Positions 25,259 through 26,898 of a DNA stretch of 26,898 bases are shown piece by piece. Source of the stretch: Candidatus Saccharimonadota bacterium (GTDB lineage Bacteria; Patescibacteriota; Patescibacteriia; 2-12-FULL-60-25). Position 1 is the first letter of the stretch; each line of letters starts with the position of its first letter. Position numbers and translations under genes: made by a program. The stretch is taken from the NCBI GenBank assembly GCA_022843095.1, contig JALHOH010000002.1, positions 498,891 to 525,788 of the forward strand, written 5' to 3'. The notes beneath the pieces were generated by a model. That model was not told the DNA's origin. It did not search any database and worked only from the letters and a program-made list of their open reading frames with translations.

Positions 25259-26133
25259 TTCGTCCGCTGATCCACTGGCTGAATTCGCTGCTCTTCAACC
25301 GAGCGGCAGAGACCGACGCTGACGCTGGTGTCGATGGCGTTGATCGACAGCTCAAACGCGCCTTCGGCAAGGACCCAAAGTCGCTCGCACAAGGCTCGCT
25401 CACCCATACCGAGGCCGTTCAGGCGCTCACGGACCGCGCGAACATCCGCGCGCTCGAGCAACAGCTGCGAGAACTGCTTGCTGCACGAGCGACGATCGGC
25501 AGTCCGACGCCCCTCACCATCCAGCTCGCGTGCCTCACGGCCTGCGAGTTCTTCGGCGTGCTCAATCTGCTGAAGAACACCGGGTTGGGCGCGGAGGAAC
25601 GCGTGCTGCCAGCGCTTGGGCTCACGTTCTCGCTCATGTTCCTGACGAAGCACGTCTTCTCGGCGAGAGCCACGCGAACGACCACGCCGCCGGCAATCGC
25701 CTCGGCGGAGCCGTCGAATACGGCGCTCTGGAAAGAAGTTCCCGCGCTCGCGAAGGGCGCCCTGGTCCCGCTCGTGTACACCGTGCTCGTGGCCGCGATC
25801 GCGTTTGCGCGCATCGGCGCGCACGGCGAGAGCGAAGACATCTCCGACACGCAGACCTTCGCCGACGCGATCCTCACGATCGCGATCACGGCTGGCCCCG
25901 CGTGGCTCGCGGCGCACGTAGCCAAGAAGCGCGGCCCCGCAGTCGAGCTCGCCCGTCACCTCAGAGAGACGAAGAGCGCGCTTCGCGCGGCGAGACGGAG
26001 AGAAGAACGCGCCCGCAAGTACCTCGCGAATCTCGACGAGGCCTCCGCGAAACACACCGATGCGACGACGCGGGCCGCAGCGGCGTACTCGCTCGCGCAC
26101 GACCGCGCCCAGGGAGGTGGCGAGACCAACTGA
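25255..26133 (+). CDS. Membrane protein with ~4 TM helices and a C-terminal charged coiled-coil tail
   Basis: The ATG at 25255 overlaps the upstream stop (ATGA) and is preceded by AGGAGG. TM segments are LTIQLACLTACEFFGVLNLL, VLPALGLTFSLMFLT, LVPLVYTVLVAAIAFARIG and FADAILTIAITAGPAWLAAHV. The tail reads RETKSALRAARRREERARKYLANLDEA. Confidence 0.55.
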   Translation: MIRPLIHWLNSLLFNRAAETDADAGVDGVDRQLKRAFGKDPKSLAQGSLTHTEAVQALTDRANIRALEQQLRELLAARATIGSPTPLTIQLACLTACEFFGVLNLLKNTGLGAEERVLPALGLTFSLMFLTKHVFSARATRTTTPPAIASAEPSNTALWKEVPALAKGALVPLVYTVLVAAIAFARIGAHGESEDISDTQTFADAILTIAITAGPAWLAAHVAKKRGPAVELARHLRETKSALRAARRREERARKYLANLDEASAKHTDATTRAAAAYSLAHDRAQGGGETN

Positions 26134-26224
26134 TCGATCTTCGCGCGCCGTTCGTCGCCCTTCGCTGCGCGATCGACACGACGAGCGGTGCCCGTTCTCA
26201 ACGCACTCACACGGAGCTGTTTCC

Positions 26225-26898
26225 ATGCACACCACGAAGAAGTCCGACGGAGCCTCAACCAAGAACGCCCGGCCGAAGAAGTCCCTGAACATCCTCGTCG
26301 GAGGCGCGAACCGCGGAACCCGGCAGAATTTGCCCGGATACGAGCGATTCAACGCGAAGTCCTCTGGCACCGAGCTCGTATTGCGCTGCGTCGATCCCGA
26401 GCCCGGCCGAGCCGCAGAATGCGCGGAGCTCGCCGCAAAGAGCGGCGTTGCGATCACGCCCGATGAAGGGCGCATCGAGGACGCGATGCGCTCCGATCTC
26501 TCGCCCACCGTTCTGCAGGTCGACAACGCCGAGACCGTCGCGAACGCGATGGCTGTCGCGCGAGCGCTCCCGCGGCCCGTCACGGGCATGCTGCTCGTGG
26601 GACTGCCCGGCCGATTGCTCGGCGTGCGCTTCACGCTCACGCTCGGCAACCCGACCGCTTTCCAAGAGGTCGAGACGCTCATGCACACGCTCCGGGAGGT
26701 GACGGCGCCAAGCGGATCGTCGAAGGTGATCGGGCTCGAAGCTCCGATCGGGCAGCAGCTCGCCGAGCCGCTGTTTCGGGAGTGGTTCGCGCGCCACACG
26801 GAGGACGTGCTCGGCAAATTCGCCGCGGGAACACCGGTGAATTGTGCGCCGATCGAAGGCACCTTCGACGGAGGCCGTACCCTTCCCGTGCTCATCGT
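26225..26898 (+). CDS. Hypothetical protein, 5' part only (runs off the window end; not in the ORF track because no stop is reached)
   Basis: My own translation from the ATG at 26225 gives MHTTKKSDGASTKNARPKKSLNILVGGANRGTRQNLPGYERF...GTFDGGRTLPVLI, with no stop to 26898 and strong GC3 bias in this frame. Confidence 0.5.
   Translation, partial: MHTTKKSDGASTKNARPKKSLNILVGGANRGTRQNLPGYERFNAKSSGTELVLRCVDPEPGRAAECAELAAKSGVAITPDEGRIEDAMRSDLSPTVLQVDNAETVANAMAVARALPRPVTGMLLVGLPGRLLGVRFTLTLGNPTAFQEVETLMHTLREVTAPSGSSKVIGLEAPIGQQLAEPLFREWFARHTEDVLGKFAAGTPVNCAPIEGTFDGGRTLPVLI

Noticed and set aside
25078-26895. 605-aa minus-strand ORF
   Set aside because: It is an Arg/Ser/Pro-rich antisense frame. The plus-strand frames carry AGGAGG sites, ATGA coupling, TM helices and strong GC3 bias.
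1-26898. CRISPR arrays, rRNA genes, IS/transposase genes, long tandem repeats
   Set aside because: I scanned for regularly spaced repeats, transposase-like ORFs and terminal inverted repeats and saw none. The only short tandem is ggtagc x2.5 at about 20919-20935.

Overview
All calls come from reading the sequence and the ORF track by eye; no homology search was run. The window falls into compositional and functional blocks (GC values are my hand counts of single 60-nt lines). (1) 1-8.9 kb looks like ordinary chromosome at about 52-58% GC. It carries a YibE/F membrane protein, a TM0106-type RecB-like nuclease, two paralogous membrane/spermidine-synthase-like genes, rpmG, tRNA-Thr(UGU), a DUF3298-type lipoprotein, an ABC-2 exporter pair and a GST. 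(2) At 8889-8913 an orphan 25-nt tRNA 3' end, still followed by its own terminator, marks an abrupt junction. Everything to its right looks accessory and mosaic. (3) 9.6-15.4 kb (about 55-63% GC) holds a small orphan gene with a near-consensus promoter, plus a translationally coupled pair at 10122-15364. That pair is a 1168-aa kinase-like + SF1 (Upf1/DNA2-type) helicase protein and a 579-aa wHTH + PLD-like partner. The pair resembles type I Mokosh, but the kinase motifs and both PLD HKD motifs look non-canonical. It is my top candidate for an undescribed defence variant. (4) 15.7-20.9 kb (about 65-73% GC) holds a Cys-rich repeat lipoprotein, a tyrosine integrase, a two-gene type I CBASS (SMODS/CD-NTase + 2TM-beta Cap15-like effector) and a divergent single-HKD PLD nuclease. 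(5) 20.9-24.1 kb is a low-GC islet (lines of 45-57% GC, one of 65%) with uncharacterised genes: a 151-aa Zn-ribbon protein, a 106-aa ORF and a 528-aa protein. It also contains a roughly 330-nt unit bounded by a promoter and a terminator, with strong internal pairing. (6) 24.4 kb to the window end (about 63-75% GC) is a coupled operon of a vWA-like lipoprotein, a 4-TM coiled-coil protein and an open-ended unknown ORF. No CRISPR array, rRNA or transposase was seen. The sharp GC steps could reflect a tRNA-integrated island or an assembly chimera; I cannot distinguish these from sequence alone.
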